Source: Paraphysomonas bandaiensis (taxonomy: Eukaryota; Protista; Chrysophyceae). From it: DNA of 64,000 bases. Position 1 is the first letter of the stretch; each line of letters opens with the position of its first letter. Shown here piece after piece: positions 12,845-24,300 of the stretch. Under the pieces are notes generated by a model. The model was given only the letters and a program-made list of their open reading frames with translations, ran no database searches and was not told the DNA's origin. The position numbers were made by a program, and so were the translations under genes. The stretch spans positions 496,001 through 560,000 of the forward strand of contig CBFFRP010000146.1 in NCBI GenBank assembly GCA_965644295.1, in the 5' to 3' direction.

Positions 12845-13105
12845 CATATCTCGTACGATCTTGTATGATCAATATATTATATTCAGTTTCATTACTACAG
12901 TAGCTATCATGTTGTTAGTTCTCATAATGCTGTTACCACAACTGTACTCTTCGACTAACGGTCATAATTCCAAAAAGTTAGAATAACAAAACTAAACACT
13001 CCCTCTCAATTCAAGCTGTACAATGAATCTTCAAACCACGAGACATAACTGACGGGTAGAATTACAGCTTTTAATTACTCATATAGCAAAACTCATAATA
13101 GTGGC
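12845..13105 (+). repeat. AT-rich dispersed repeat, copy 1 (old TE remnant)
   Basis: Ordered blocks shared with ~39558-39755: CTCRTACGATCTTRTA, TTCARTTTCAKTACTA, AACGGTCATAAT, TAGAAYTACAGCTTTWAATT and AGCAAAACTCA. Confidence 0.55.
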
Positions 13106-13669
13106 CCAGGGCATATAGTTATATTTAACCACGGGTAATGAGGAAGCTGTATCGTTTCCCGCTCAAAATTTTAAACGAGAGCGAAAAGTTCAAGTATTGA
13201 AATTTGGACAAAAGGCAATACTCCTTATGCCTAGGTTAAATTGAAGCTTATCCTCAGTCCTCATGATGTTTAAAACCTAATATATCTAGAATGTGTAACT
13301 ATATGTCTATATGTAGCTTGCTTGCGGCAAGAGAAATAGCTGCTCCCGGAATAATATTTAAGAAAATGAATAAAAAATCAATGGTAATTGCACTAGCTTA
13401 ACTCAAAACAATAATTTCCAATATCTCTACAATAGTTACAACTAATGATGCTGAGGGAGTGTAACAACTCATACATAGCTATCATGATGAGTAGGCAAAA
13501 AAGAATTTGCATGAGGCTTCTTCTTCTTCTTCTTGGCATCATCTTATTTATCTGCAATCACATTTAACCCCTGCTAATGCAAGTGACTCGAATGCTGTGC
13601 TTATGACATGAGGCACACAATCCTGATAAGCACGACGTGACCCAAAACCTGAAAGGACTAGGTACCACG

Positions 13670-14041
13670 CCCTCAACAAAGTCGGACTCGCACCTTTTCG
13701 TGGTGTTCTGGGGGATAAGTACCGGAGTTATTTCTCTGGGAAACTAACGTGAGCCGCAAATATAGTCAGCAGATATTCTTCTGCCCACTCATAGCCGAAT
13801 GCTTGTGTGGTACAAGGGATACCAATAAGTGTCACTTGTGTAGACGTCTTTGGGCCCTGACGAATAAACAGGCATCCGGGAATGGGTCCACCTCAAGGGC
13901 ATCCGGGACAGGGCCCACCTGAAGGGTAACCGGGGTATTGGGCTGCCTGCTGAAGTCAAGCATCCGGGATGTTCACCTTAAGAACTCAGAGCGGAAGTGG
14001 TCGCACCTTGGTGCTTGCGGCGACGCACAAACAGCTTCCGT
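13670..14041 (+). ncRNA. Structured non-coding repeat element, copy 1 (unclassified RNA or ribozyme-bearing retroelement)
   Basis: Highly similar to 34471-34872. GC-rich, no conserved ORF, and several helices preserved by compensatory and G-U changes between the two copies. Confidence 0.6.
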
Positions 14042-15040
14042 AGCGTTAAATAGTAGGATAAAAAAAGTGTGTACTGATTAGTTACAGGTAGAGGTCTAAC
14101 TAGTTTGTCTAGCATTCATCTAGCTACAAAGTTAGTGCAGGTTTTTAACGCCTATTGCTAATAATAAGACTTTCAATATAGGTACCACTACTCCAAATTC
14201 TTCAAGCATTGTTATATATCTTATATATCTCTTCATCGTAATATACTGTATCTGGTATTAGGAATAAGCTCTTATACTGCGCTCTTAATTTCTTACTAAG
14301 CAGTGCATAAATAGACAAGTATAGTTGAATAGATATTACTAGAAACAATAGTATTGTTAGACTGAAAGGAACTCTGTAATCACTAAGACGACTCACCAAA
14401 ACAATCGAGATTATATATTACGTAAAACTTTCACCAGCTTGGAGTGTAATTTAATACATTCATATGAGAAGTCGTCCTTACGGTGCGTCCGTAATACTTA
14501 CTCATCGAGGAGAAAAAGGAATACCGTGACATCAATAGATGACAATAAGCAATGTTGCAAAGCGCGCCCATGCTGGAATGTGATTGCACTTTAACGAGTA
14601 CACGTCGAACATGTCAAATCATTTATTTCCACTATATACAGCTCAAACACCTCTCTGTGTACCCACTGCAAGCACCTCTTATCTGTTAAATTATCGTCTG
14701 GTATTTAGATACAGTGATATCATGCAATATCTCAAGTAGGACAAGGGCCGTACATGTCCCTATCTCCACACACTAGTCTTACGCACGCACCTACAGCGTA
14801 GTATACCATTCCTGGCTGTGTATGTGTAGGTACGTAGATATCTGTATATGTACGTACATATATGTAGCATGGTACGAATAGACATACAGCAGTACATATA
14901 GCTGTATGTACTGCTGTACATATCCACATACACTCCTCTAGCTATTCGAATTACGAATAGAAGGCAGGAGACAGCGCGGTCTAGTTGAGATACACTGTGC
15001 CCCCTACAACTCCCTATCTCAACGAAATTCTATTAGCGGT

Positions 15041-16155
15041 ATGAGTGAAAGCGATGATTTCTCCTTAGACTCTGATGACAGTGTGTCTGATGATGATTTT
15101 GCTCCCGAGAGACCTCAAAAGACCACGTCTAAAGCCCAAGCGAAGAAACCACCACCCACTGCTAGTAGTCGTGTTGCCAAGAAAAGAACAGCGGAGCCAG
15201 CGGTCTCTTCTACTGCTAAAAAATCAAAGTCTGTGAGTCATGTACCGGATTCTGCCGTACAGCTCCCTGTTGCTCGCGCAGCAGTATCTACGAAAGGCCC
15301 CCCTGTTGCCTCTGCTGCTGAAGCAAGGACTTTAATTAAGAACTATATGCTTCAACAAAATCGTCCATTTTCTGCAATACAAGTGTTTGACAACCTCCAC
15401 CACAGAGTTGCCAAACCACAAGTTGAACGATGTATGTTCCACACGCAGTACACTTCGTGTACTTCTAATTTATACGAATAAGCCTTGCAGGAATTATGTG
15501 TACCTGGTCCAAAGTGTGTTTTACGGGTTAAGGACTATGGGAAGGCAAAAATTTATTTCCCGGATCAAGTAGGATGTGTTAAGGTTAAGTAGTGAAATAC
15601 TAACCCTCAATGGCAGACACAATTGGAGACCTCGTGTGGGTCAAGTAGCGCAGGAGATTTAGAAAGACGAGTAAGGGACTTGTCTGCAGAACTTCAAAAG
15701 TGGAAAGCACGGGAGTCAGAACTCCGAACTGAAAGTAGTATGCTCTCCAATGAGCCGTCGGATGATGCACTGGATCAGTAAGACTACACTGTCTATTCTG
15801 TGACACGCTCATGTCGCTATATATAGGGAACTAGAGAACTTGGAAGCATTACTAATAGATCGTCGAAATCGCCTTGCGTCTTTGGAGTCTGGTGGTGTTG
15901 TGACGCCACAGGAGCGGGAAAAGGCAGTTGATATGTTCAACTTCTTTCGTATGGCATGGAGGACTAGAAAGGAGAAAACTATGGATATTGTAGATATGGT
16001 AGCGGACGGTATGGGAAAGTCACTCAAAGAAACAATGGTTGATTTTCAAGCTACTTTACTTGAACTTTGCTTACTCTTTCCTGATACAGGTGATGATGGG
16101 GATTGAAACCGATGAGGACGAAGGAGTATCGATCCCACCCCCTATTAAGCCATAG
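15041..16155 (+). CDS. HOP2: Homologous-pairing protein 2 (HOP2/TBPIP)
   Basis: Winged helix IKNYMLQQNRPFSAIQVFDNL...KDYGKAKIYFPDQ, then a coiled coil and C-terminal WRTRKEK...MGIETDE. Several short introns; stop TAG at 16153-16155. Confidence 0.85.
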
Positions 16156-17003
16156 TAAATATGGATATATATAGTGTATGTAGTAGCTTGCAGTTAACCT
16201 TCGGAACGAATGTAATTCACGAGTTTAGTGTTAATATGAAATCGTTACATAGTGTGCTTTCTTTAGTAATCAGTCAGAATAACTTTCCTCTTTTATTGAC
16301 TGAAAGCGATGGAGAAGTTAGCTTCTGTATCACTACGCCTATGTGTTGCGTTTTATTTGTCTGGAAGCGTTTGAAGGCTGTATTTTAAGGTATTTGAATA
16401 CATGACAGTTAATAAAAGAATACAGTACTAGTTGTAAACGGTATTACATGAACTAATGATAAAATATGAATTATGTTAGTTGGACTGAAATAGCTCGCGA
16501 CTATCTAAGATTTGATAATTTCGACTAGTAGAAGTGATAATATAAATTTAATGACTGAAAATGAATCATAGAGGATGTTGGTCACAATTTTAATTAATCA
16601 GTTGTGAGTTGCTTGTTCAGGTACTTAGAGTTACACCATCCAAATGTCTGTTACTGACATTACTCTCTACTACTCACTTAGTGCTCGGTTCCTCACTGTA
16701 ATCATTTTAAATGATTTGCTAACTAAGCAAGTAATTACTACGCTAGCCCATGTTCTCATATATAAACCGAACACGGACACTAACAGAAATGAGAACAGAT
16801 TGTCCCCATTAAAATAGTAACATAGTAATTGTTAACATACTCTTCAGCACAAATTCATACTTCACAACCTAGAGTAATGAGTACATGAATCATGTCAGCG
16901 CTATCAACTTTGCACGTCGTATGTACAAAGCATCAATTCAATCTAAAATAGACATACTCTCACTACTGAAGCCGTGTCCGTGTAGACATTAGATACATTC
17001 TGC

Positions 17004-18425
17004 TTACCGCTGAGAAGAGGCCTGCATTTTCTTCTCTATCCTCCTCTTCACTTGTTCCTCAGGAACTGGGAGCCAAAAAAGTTGCGGTACGGTGGTAGTC
17101 TTTCGAAATAAGTCCTCCAGTGAGGTACCCACAGATTCCTTTGCCGTCGGCTCTACGGGTTCTGGCCTTTCCTCAACGACCGGATCCACTTTTCGATGAG
17201 TGGTAAAGCCTCCATCAGCACTCTCTGATATATTTCCTATGACCCTACCACTATTGGACCTTTCCATTCTTGGAGACTTTTGGCTGGGTCCTCCTGACGC
17301 CGCAGCTGCAGCAGTTTGGAGAGTATTTCGCAGCACCCCAAACATCCCGCCCGACCTACTTGCAGGCAGGAGTTTTCGCTTTCCAAGTGACGAGCCGTTA
17401 CTTTGAGTAGCAGGGGCAGCGCGAGGTGATGGTTGTGCAGTTGAAGCTACTGCCTTCCACTCATGTGCACGCAGGGCAGCTTCAGCAGAGGAGGACGCCT
17501 CTGCCGCGGGGACAGAAGTAAAGTCTGCCTCTAGAACATTAGAGTTCGTTAACGGAAATTTCTCTCCTTGGACAGCATCCCGGCATTTTGCAGCAGTCTC
17601 AGCACAGTCAAATGTCACATAACAGTGTGTTTTTATACTATTTAGCCATATATTTTTTTCGTCGAGGTCAGTACCACTTTTCTCAGATAGCCAAGCACAC
17701 AGGCTTCTCATATTGAGAGGGCGCTGAAAATTATCGATACGAAGGTGGCATGTCGCTGTCGTGGGGGATGTATGTGAGGTGGTAGCTGTAGAAAGATCAG
17801 ATGATGTCCTTTCTTGCAACGAGCTTTGTGTTTCTTCAGGCGATATTGTCTTGTCATCTTCCACAATCCTATTCTTGGACGCTTCCTCATCCTCCGATTC
17901 ATCTTGCATCGAAATTTCGGCATCAGCAGGCTCAGTTTCAGCCGAGTCTATACCATGTTCTACTTCCGCTGTGTTTTCATCTGCTTGCATTTCAGCCTTA
18001 TCCATTTCAGGCTTATCCAGGGTGTCGGCAGCTTGTGGTGCATCCGTAATCTTATCTGCACAACAAATAAAACAATATCATAACCATATTCCATGGTACC
18101 TGCAGCGGATTCAGCCGTAGTAACTATCCTATCTTGCAACTCGCATGTGTCAACTAAAAGAGCTCGTTATATTCACACACGGAAAGAGCAATTCACTACC
18201 GTCATCTGATTTATCCTGACCATTCTCAGCATCTTCCATCTCTGTGGCAGTCTCACCTGCGTTTGTATCACCTTCATCAGCTTTTTCTTTATCAATTATA
18301 TCTAAAAGTCTTTCAAGAAGTACAGCTTTCAGTCCACTTGTAGGGGCGCCTCGTGCGGTGAGCTCATTCTTTAGCTCAGATACTTTCATCTTCTTGGCTA
18401 GTTGTGGCGTAAGAGAGTCATCCAT
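17004..18425 (-). CDS. ACIN1: Acinus-like protein (SAP + RRM + RSB motif; ASAP complex)
   Basis: SAP domain (KMKVSELKNELTARGAPTSGLKAVLLERL), Acinus-type RRM (LRIDNFQRPL...IKTHCYVTF) and RSB motif (LEDLFRKTTTVPQLFWLP). Confidence 0.85.
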
Positions 18426-18953
18426 TGCTTATGATTATTTTGTTTTTGCTTTCAAGACGTGTGGTGATAAACTGCCTATTAAAGCCCAACTAGAATGTAT
18501 GTAGAGAGGTGCGAGCTGTAGATTGCATAGAAACAGCAGTGTAACTAAGCCTACATACAACTCCATGTTACATGCTCGCTGTATACTCATGTATACGTAC
18601 AGCAGTATATCATACAGAAAGACTGTATCACAAAAAAATACAAGTGAAATCTGCATAAACACGCTACGAAGGTGTATGTATATACTGTACGTATATACTG
18701 TACGTGTCTTGTGTTATGTGTGGTATGGTATGTGCTGCTGGGTATACTATACAGAGGAGTTTGCATATGGATGTGTATGTATGGTATGGTGCTACAGGCC
18801 GGTATACATACATGCCCAGCATATGCCTGTCTCAGTGGAAATATAAAGATACGACGAATTAAACTCACACTCGTGTCGTATTAACAACTCAATAAGTGAT
18901 TTTATCTCACTGCTGGATTAAACGAGCTCTCTCTCTCTATTCATTCCCTGCAA

Positions 18954-19856
18954 ATGGACCACAGTTCCCTTGAAATTAAATTAAATAAATTCGATCGTGT
19001 TTATCGTCCAAACTCGAAAGTAGATGGAACTGTTGTCGTTAACGCCTATAAAGGATGGCAACATGTGGGATTGAAAATGACTGTAGAAGGGAAAATATAT
19101 CTTAATTCTACTGCGAGAGGTGTGGGAATACTCGACTCAATGAATGCGAACAAACCCATCTCGATATACAGAGAAGAAACTGAGCTCGTACCTCCGGGAA
19201 AATTTGTAGATGGGTCAACTGATGTTCCTTTTCAATTTGTGTTAACAGGTCAAAGTGGGGAACCGCTTATTGAGTCGTATCACGGTGTGTATGTCAGTGT
19301 TATATACTCGATATGTGTATCCTGTCCTCGTGGGGTTATGAAGAAAGGATTAATCAAAGAAATGGAGTTCATTGTTGAAATTCCGTCTGGTCGATCTCCC
19401 GATCCATCTCCGGTCACATTTAGTATATCACCTGAGAGTTTAGAGAATGTTCACGCAGAAGACTTGGTAAAAATTCCGAAATTCAAGATCAGTGGTAAAC
19501 TTCACAGGTCGAACTGTCCTGTTAACCTACCATTCACTGGGGAAGTTATTATAGAATTATGTGAAGCGCCTATTCGATCCATTGAATTGCAGCTTGTTCG
19601 GGTTGAAACCGTAATGGGAGAGCAGTCACCTACTCGTGAGGCAACTGAGATTCAGAGTATCCAAATAGGAGAGGGCAATGTGTATCGTAATATGGTCGTA
19701 CCAATGTACATGGTCTTTCCTCGGCTTTTCTCCTGTCCCACAGTGTCGAACTCGTTGTTCAAATTAGATTTTGAAGTTAATCTGATTGTGATATTTGGCG
19801 ATGGCTACATGGTAACAGAAAATTTTCCTATCACTCTTTTCCGGGAGAATAATTGA
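18954..19856 (+). CDS. VPS26C: VPS26C / DSCR3 (retriever complex subunit)
   Basis: LIESYHGVYVSVIY, IRSIELQLVRVET, EATEIQSIQIGEGNV, VFPRLFSCPT and FEVNLIVIF...TENFPI. Confidence 0.93.
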   Translation: MDHSSLEIKLNKFDRVYRPNSKVDGTVVVNAYKGWQHVGLKMTVEGKIYLNSTARGVGILDSMNANKPISIYREETELVPPGKFVDGSTDVPFQFVLTGQSGEPLIESYHGVYVSVIYSICVSCPRGVMKKGLIKEMEFIVEIPSGRSPDPSPVTFSISPESLENVHAEDLVKIPKFKISGKLHRSNCPVNLPFTGEVIIELCEAPIRSIELQLVRVETVMGEQSPTREATEIQSIQIGEGNVYRNMVVPMYMVFPRLFSCPTVSNSLFKLDFEVNLIVIFGDGYMVTENFPITLFRENN

Positions 19857-21330
19857 AAGGAACTGATTAATTCTTGCTGACAGAGTTTGCGCAAACATCG
19901 GTTGAATATACTTAGATAAATACCGACGTTGCAATAATTACTGGCTATTATCATTTATAGGGTGTGTAAAATTCTGATGTTATTACTAACTAAACAAAAC
20001 AGCAAACTATAAATATCTTAAGCTGTCAGTCACCAGTCGTCATGGAAATTTTATTGGACTTATACTCTTAGTGCTAGCCTCATCATTCGACATGATATGA
20101 TTACTAGCATCACATTGTTGTAAAATATCTTCAAAAATTTTGTTGTTGAACTATGCATATTAATCGTCAATAAAAGCTACGGGATTTGCCTAAATTTAAT
20201 GCATGGGTCAAGCTGATTTTTTTTACATATATCTACGCAGTACAGAACATGGAGGTCATATCATTGAGGCCCAATGAATGCGCATAGGTTAGATGGGAAA
20301 TTCAGTAACTACAATATTGGGGATGATATAGAATTAAGACGAGTTTTTTCATCTACTTGACACCACAAAGGGCATGACGAGATAATCAACTGTCACATCT
20401 AGATTAAAATACATATTCCAATAGTATCGGTATTATTAGGAACTCATAAGGTACAAACGTACGAACACTCAACTCTATTTTGTAGTTTAGGGTTTTGAAT
20501 TATTACTGTTAGTGACCAATTCAATGATAGTTAAAGCGGTAGTAAAGTATTAAACACAGCGACCGTTTAGGATTGAAAATTACAGATTGCTTACAATGAG
20601 GCGAATCAATGATGAAGAAGGTTGCTATGCATGACGACGAGAAATCTTTATCTCAGTTTAGTTGAGCGTCGAGCTTACAGAGTTCAGGTATCTTTCGATG
20701 CGCTTTGCTATAATCATTGTACAATGTAGTGTTTCCTTGTATATCAACACAAATTATAATGCACTCTCGGTTAATATAACTTACTATATATGTGGTATAA
20801 TAACGCACTAGTAATCTACGGAACAGATAATTTACAGGGCTGCGAAACAATTAATAGGCAATTATTGACATTGAAATAATAATTGAAATTGGGACAGCAA
20901 ATAATAATGATTGAAATTATAACTGATCAAAACTTTTCTTCAATTAATTGGTATACTCTTAATACCATCAATTTGAGTGCGTACATTAAGTTAATGCGAA
21001 ATTCCAAGGCCCTTAACACTACGATACGTGGTCAATAGCCAAGTAATTAATTTGAAAAACTAAAACCCAGAAGCCTTTCTTCGTTTGTTATAATCTATTA
21101 ATTCGAAATGAGTAATAGTATCTGATTTAGTAGAGATTGACTTCTTTAAATATATAACGCAAAGCAAATTGAAGAATTTTCCAACGTAAAACTACGAATT
21201 TAAACTTAGCGACATTATAGGTGATACTAGTGGTGGAAAAGACCATTCCATACCTTACAAGTCGAAGTTACTGTGTGTTACACGTCAAATTATACATTGC
21301 TATTTCATTCTTATTGTTAGCCGCTATACG

Positions 21331-24300
21331 CTACGCTACTGATCCATAACAACTGCTTGCACTACGATACAGATACCACACAACGAGGTGAACGCATATG
21401 GCATATGAAATCAAAATTATTCTAGCAGTTGGTGGACGATCTCCAATCCACCTTAAAATGCAAGGACACCACTTCCTGTGTTGCCATCAATTAAACCCAA
21501 GATTAATACATATCTCCCTTACCGCAGCATATTCCACAGGGCAACAAACACAGGAGGGGAGCCCCCACCCCAGCCATCACTCTCTGGGTGGTCATGACCT
21601 GCTACATATTTTCTACTTTCAATTCCCGCCTCGCCTGATTCTACATCAAACTCCACATTCTGTCGCTACAAAAGTGTAAATAGATATAGAATCCATACGT
21701 GCAACAGTACCTGTCGTCGTGAAGATGGTAGCAGAGAGCTCGTAGTCACTTCTGTAGCTTGCCGCAATTCTTCACGTACCAAACGCAACTGATTAGTAAG
21801 CTGTTTATTTTCAACTTCTAAGCGCTTTCGTTCTTCTTGCAACTCCTCGATAAATTCATCTCTACTTTTCAACACAGACAACGTACTCTTGAGCTCTCCT
21901 TCGACACTAATTCTCTCCTTCTCAATGTCAGCAGCCTTTTTCTCTAGCGCCTCAATTCGCTCCTGCGCTATTTTCGCAATATCGGCACTCTCATTTCGAG
22001 ACTTTTCAGAACCGCCCTATAATATAATATCACAAACATTCACGTGACTAACAATGTTTACCATGCTATCACATTCTTTAACGGATTTAGCGGAAGTTTT
22101 CAAAACAACAAAAGAACCCTCTCCTGATCCAACAGAGCCTTCACCTTCTGATGCCGAACTTCCAGCAACAGATCGCGAAAGGGGCGAGAGGTCTGGTGAC
22201 TCCACGGTACATCCTTTCTCGCTATCATTGTAATATTTAATCTGTAAAGTTTGAGACGATCGTTGTTCACTACATGTACAATCCGCGATACGTTGCTCAA
22301 GATCTGCGATACGATCGTCTTTATCAGATACAAGTTGAGAATTCTCTAATTCCACGACTTTAGTTTCAAGATATCGGCATCGAGATGTTAAGGTATCGAT
22401 GGTACCTTGGGCACATTCTATCTCTTCTTCATGCTCACGTTGCATTGTTGATATGCGCTCATTCTGGCGTTTCAAACTCTCTAGATCTTTCTTCTTCTTT
22501 TGTTCATACTTATCCAGTTTAGATTCCACTTCCAGCAATCTACTACGAAGTTGTTCACACTCTGCAACTGCCTGAGATGCGTCGTTGAACTTGTTTTTAT
22601 GTTCGACTAATTCTAATTCAAGCGATGACATTCGGTCTTCCAGTCTCCTGATAATGGAAGCGTCTTCGTTTACTTTATTATTCAAGTCTGAATTTTCCAC
22701 TTCTAACTTTTCGATTGTAAAAGTTTTCTCCTTGAGCTTTTCCTCCAATAATTCACGTTCATCTTGTATCTTCGTCGTGCTGTTCTGCAATGCGGACACC
22801 TCAGCGTCCAATGCTGCACACCGTAGAGTAACTGACTTCAATTTATCAGTTGAGGATTTCATATCAGCTTCCAGTGATGATATATAAGAAAGTTGTGTGT
22901 CCCTCGTTGCATTCATTTCCTTTTCTGTTTGCGACATAAACTCCATATCCCTCTCAGCACTAGCTAGCGCTGACTCTAAGACTTCAACTTTAGCCTTAAG
23001 TCGTGCAACCTCACTAGAAAGAGACTCCTCTTTGGTTTCAAATAATAATATAAACTCCTCCTTTTGCTTGAGTTCACTTTCAAGTTGCAAAATTCTAGAT
23101 TTATACGTCTCCCGAGCAGCACTAAATTCGCTTTCCATATCAACTTGAGTTTGCAAGGTAAGATTCATAGAAGTAATCGTACGACGCTCACTCTCCAACT
23201 CAGACTCCAATGATGCAATCTTAGCGTTCAAACGTTCAACAGTTGATGCATACTCCGATGCCCTCTCATCAACACTGGCCATACTCTGACGCTCACTCTC
23301 CAACTCAGACTCCAATGATGCAATCTTAGCGTTCAAACGTTCAACAGTTGATGCATACTCCGAAGCCCTCTCATCAACACTGGCCATACTCTGACGCTCA
23401 CTCTCCAACTCAGACTCCAATGATGCAATCTTAGCGTTCAAACTATCAATAGTTGATGCATACTCCGAAGCCCTCTCATCAACACTGGCCATACTCTGAC
23501 GCTCACTCTCCAACTCAGACTCCAATGATGCAATCTTAGCGTTCAAACGATCAATAGTTGATGCATACTCCGATGCCCTCTCATCAACACTGGCCATACT
23601 CTGACGCTCACTCTTCAACTCAGACTCCAATGATGCAATCTTAGCGTTCAAACGTTCAACAGTTGATGCATACTCCGATGCCCTCTCATCAACACTGGCC
23701 ATACTCTGACGCTCACTCTCCAACTCAGACTCCAATGATGCAATCTTAGCGTTCAAACTATCAACAGTTGATGCATACTCCGAAGCCCTCTCATCAACAC
23801 TGGCCATACTCTGACGCTCACTCTCCAACTCAGACTCCAATGATGCAATCTTAGCGTTCAAACGTTCAACAGTTGATGCATACTCCGATGCCCTCTCATC
23901 AACACTGGCCATACTCTGACGCTCACTCTCCAACTCAGACTCCAATGATGCAATCTTAGCGTTCAAACGTTCAACAGTTGATGCATACTCCGAAGCCCTC
24001 TCATCAACACTGGCCATACTCTGACGCTCACTCTCCAACTCAGACTCCAATGATGCAATCTTAGCATTCAAACTATCAACAGTTGATGCATACTCCGATG
24101 CCCTCTCATCAACACTGGCCATACTCTGACGCTCACTCTCCAACTCAGACTCCAATGATGCAATCTTAGCGTTCAAACGTTCAACAGTTGATGCATACTC
24201 CGATGCCCTCTCATCAACACTGGCCATACTCTGACGCTCACTCTCCAACTCAGACTCCAATGATGCAATCTTAGCGTTCAAACGTTCAACAGTTGATGCA

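Noticed and set aside
13671-13770. Group I intron resemblance (CCTCAAC..GACT and ATATAGTC, like the R and S elements)
   Set aside because: Only 4 bp of a possible P7, an insertion inside the R-like motif, no P3/P4/P6 identifiable and no host gene interrupted.
13857-13870. Hammerhead core CTGACGA in copy 1 of the structured element
   Set aside because: Copy 2 has TTGAAGA, and no properly placed GAAA with stems I-III was found.
13677-14040. RNase P/MRP resemblance (AAAGTCGGACTC ... ACAAACAGCTT)
   Set aside because: The P4 helix cannot be completed, and the CTT is used in a local stem supported by compensatory change.
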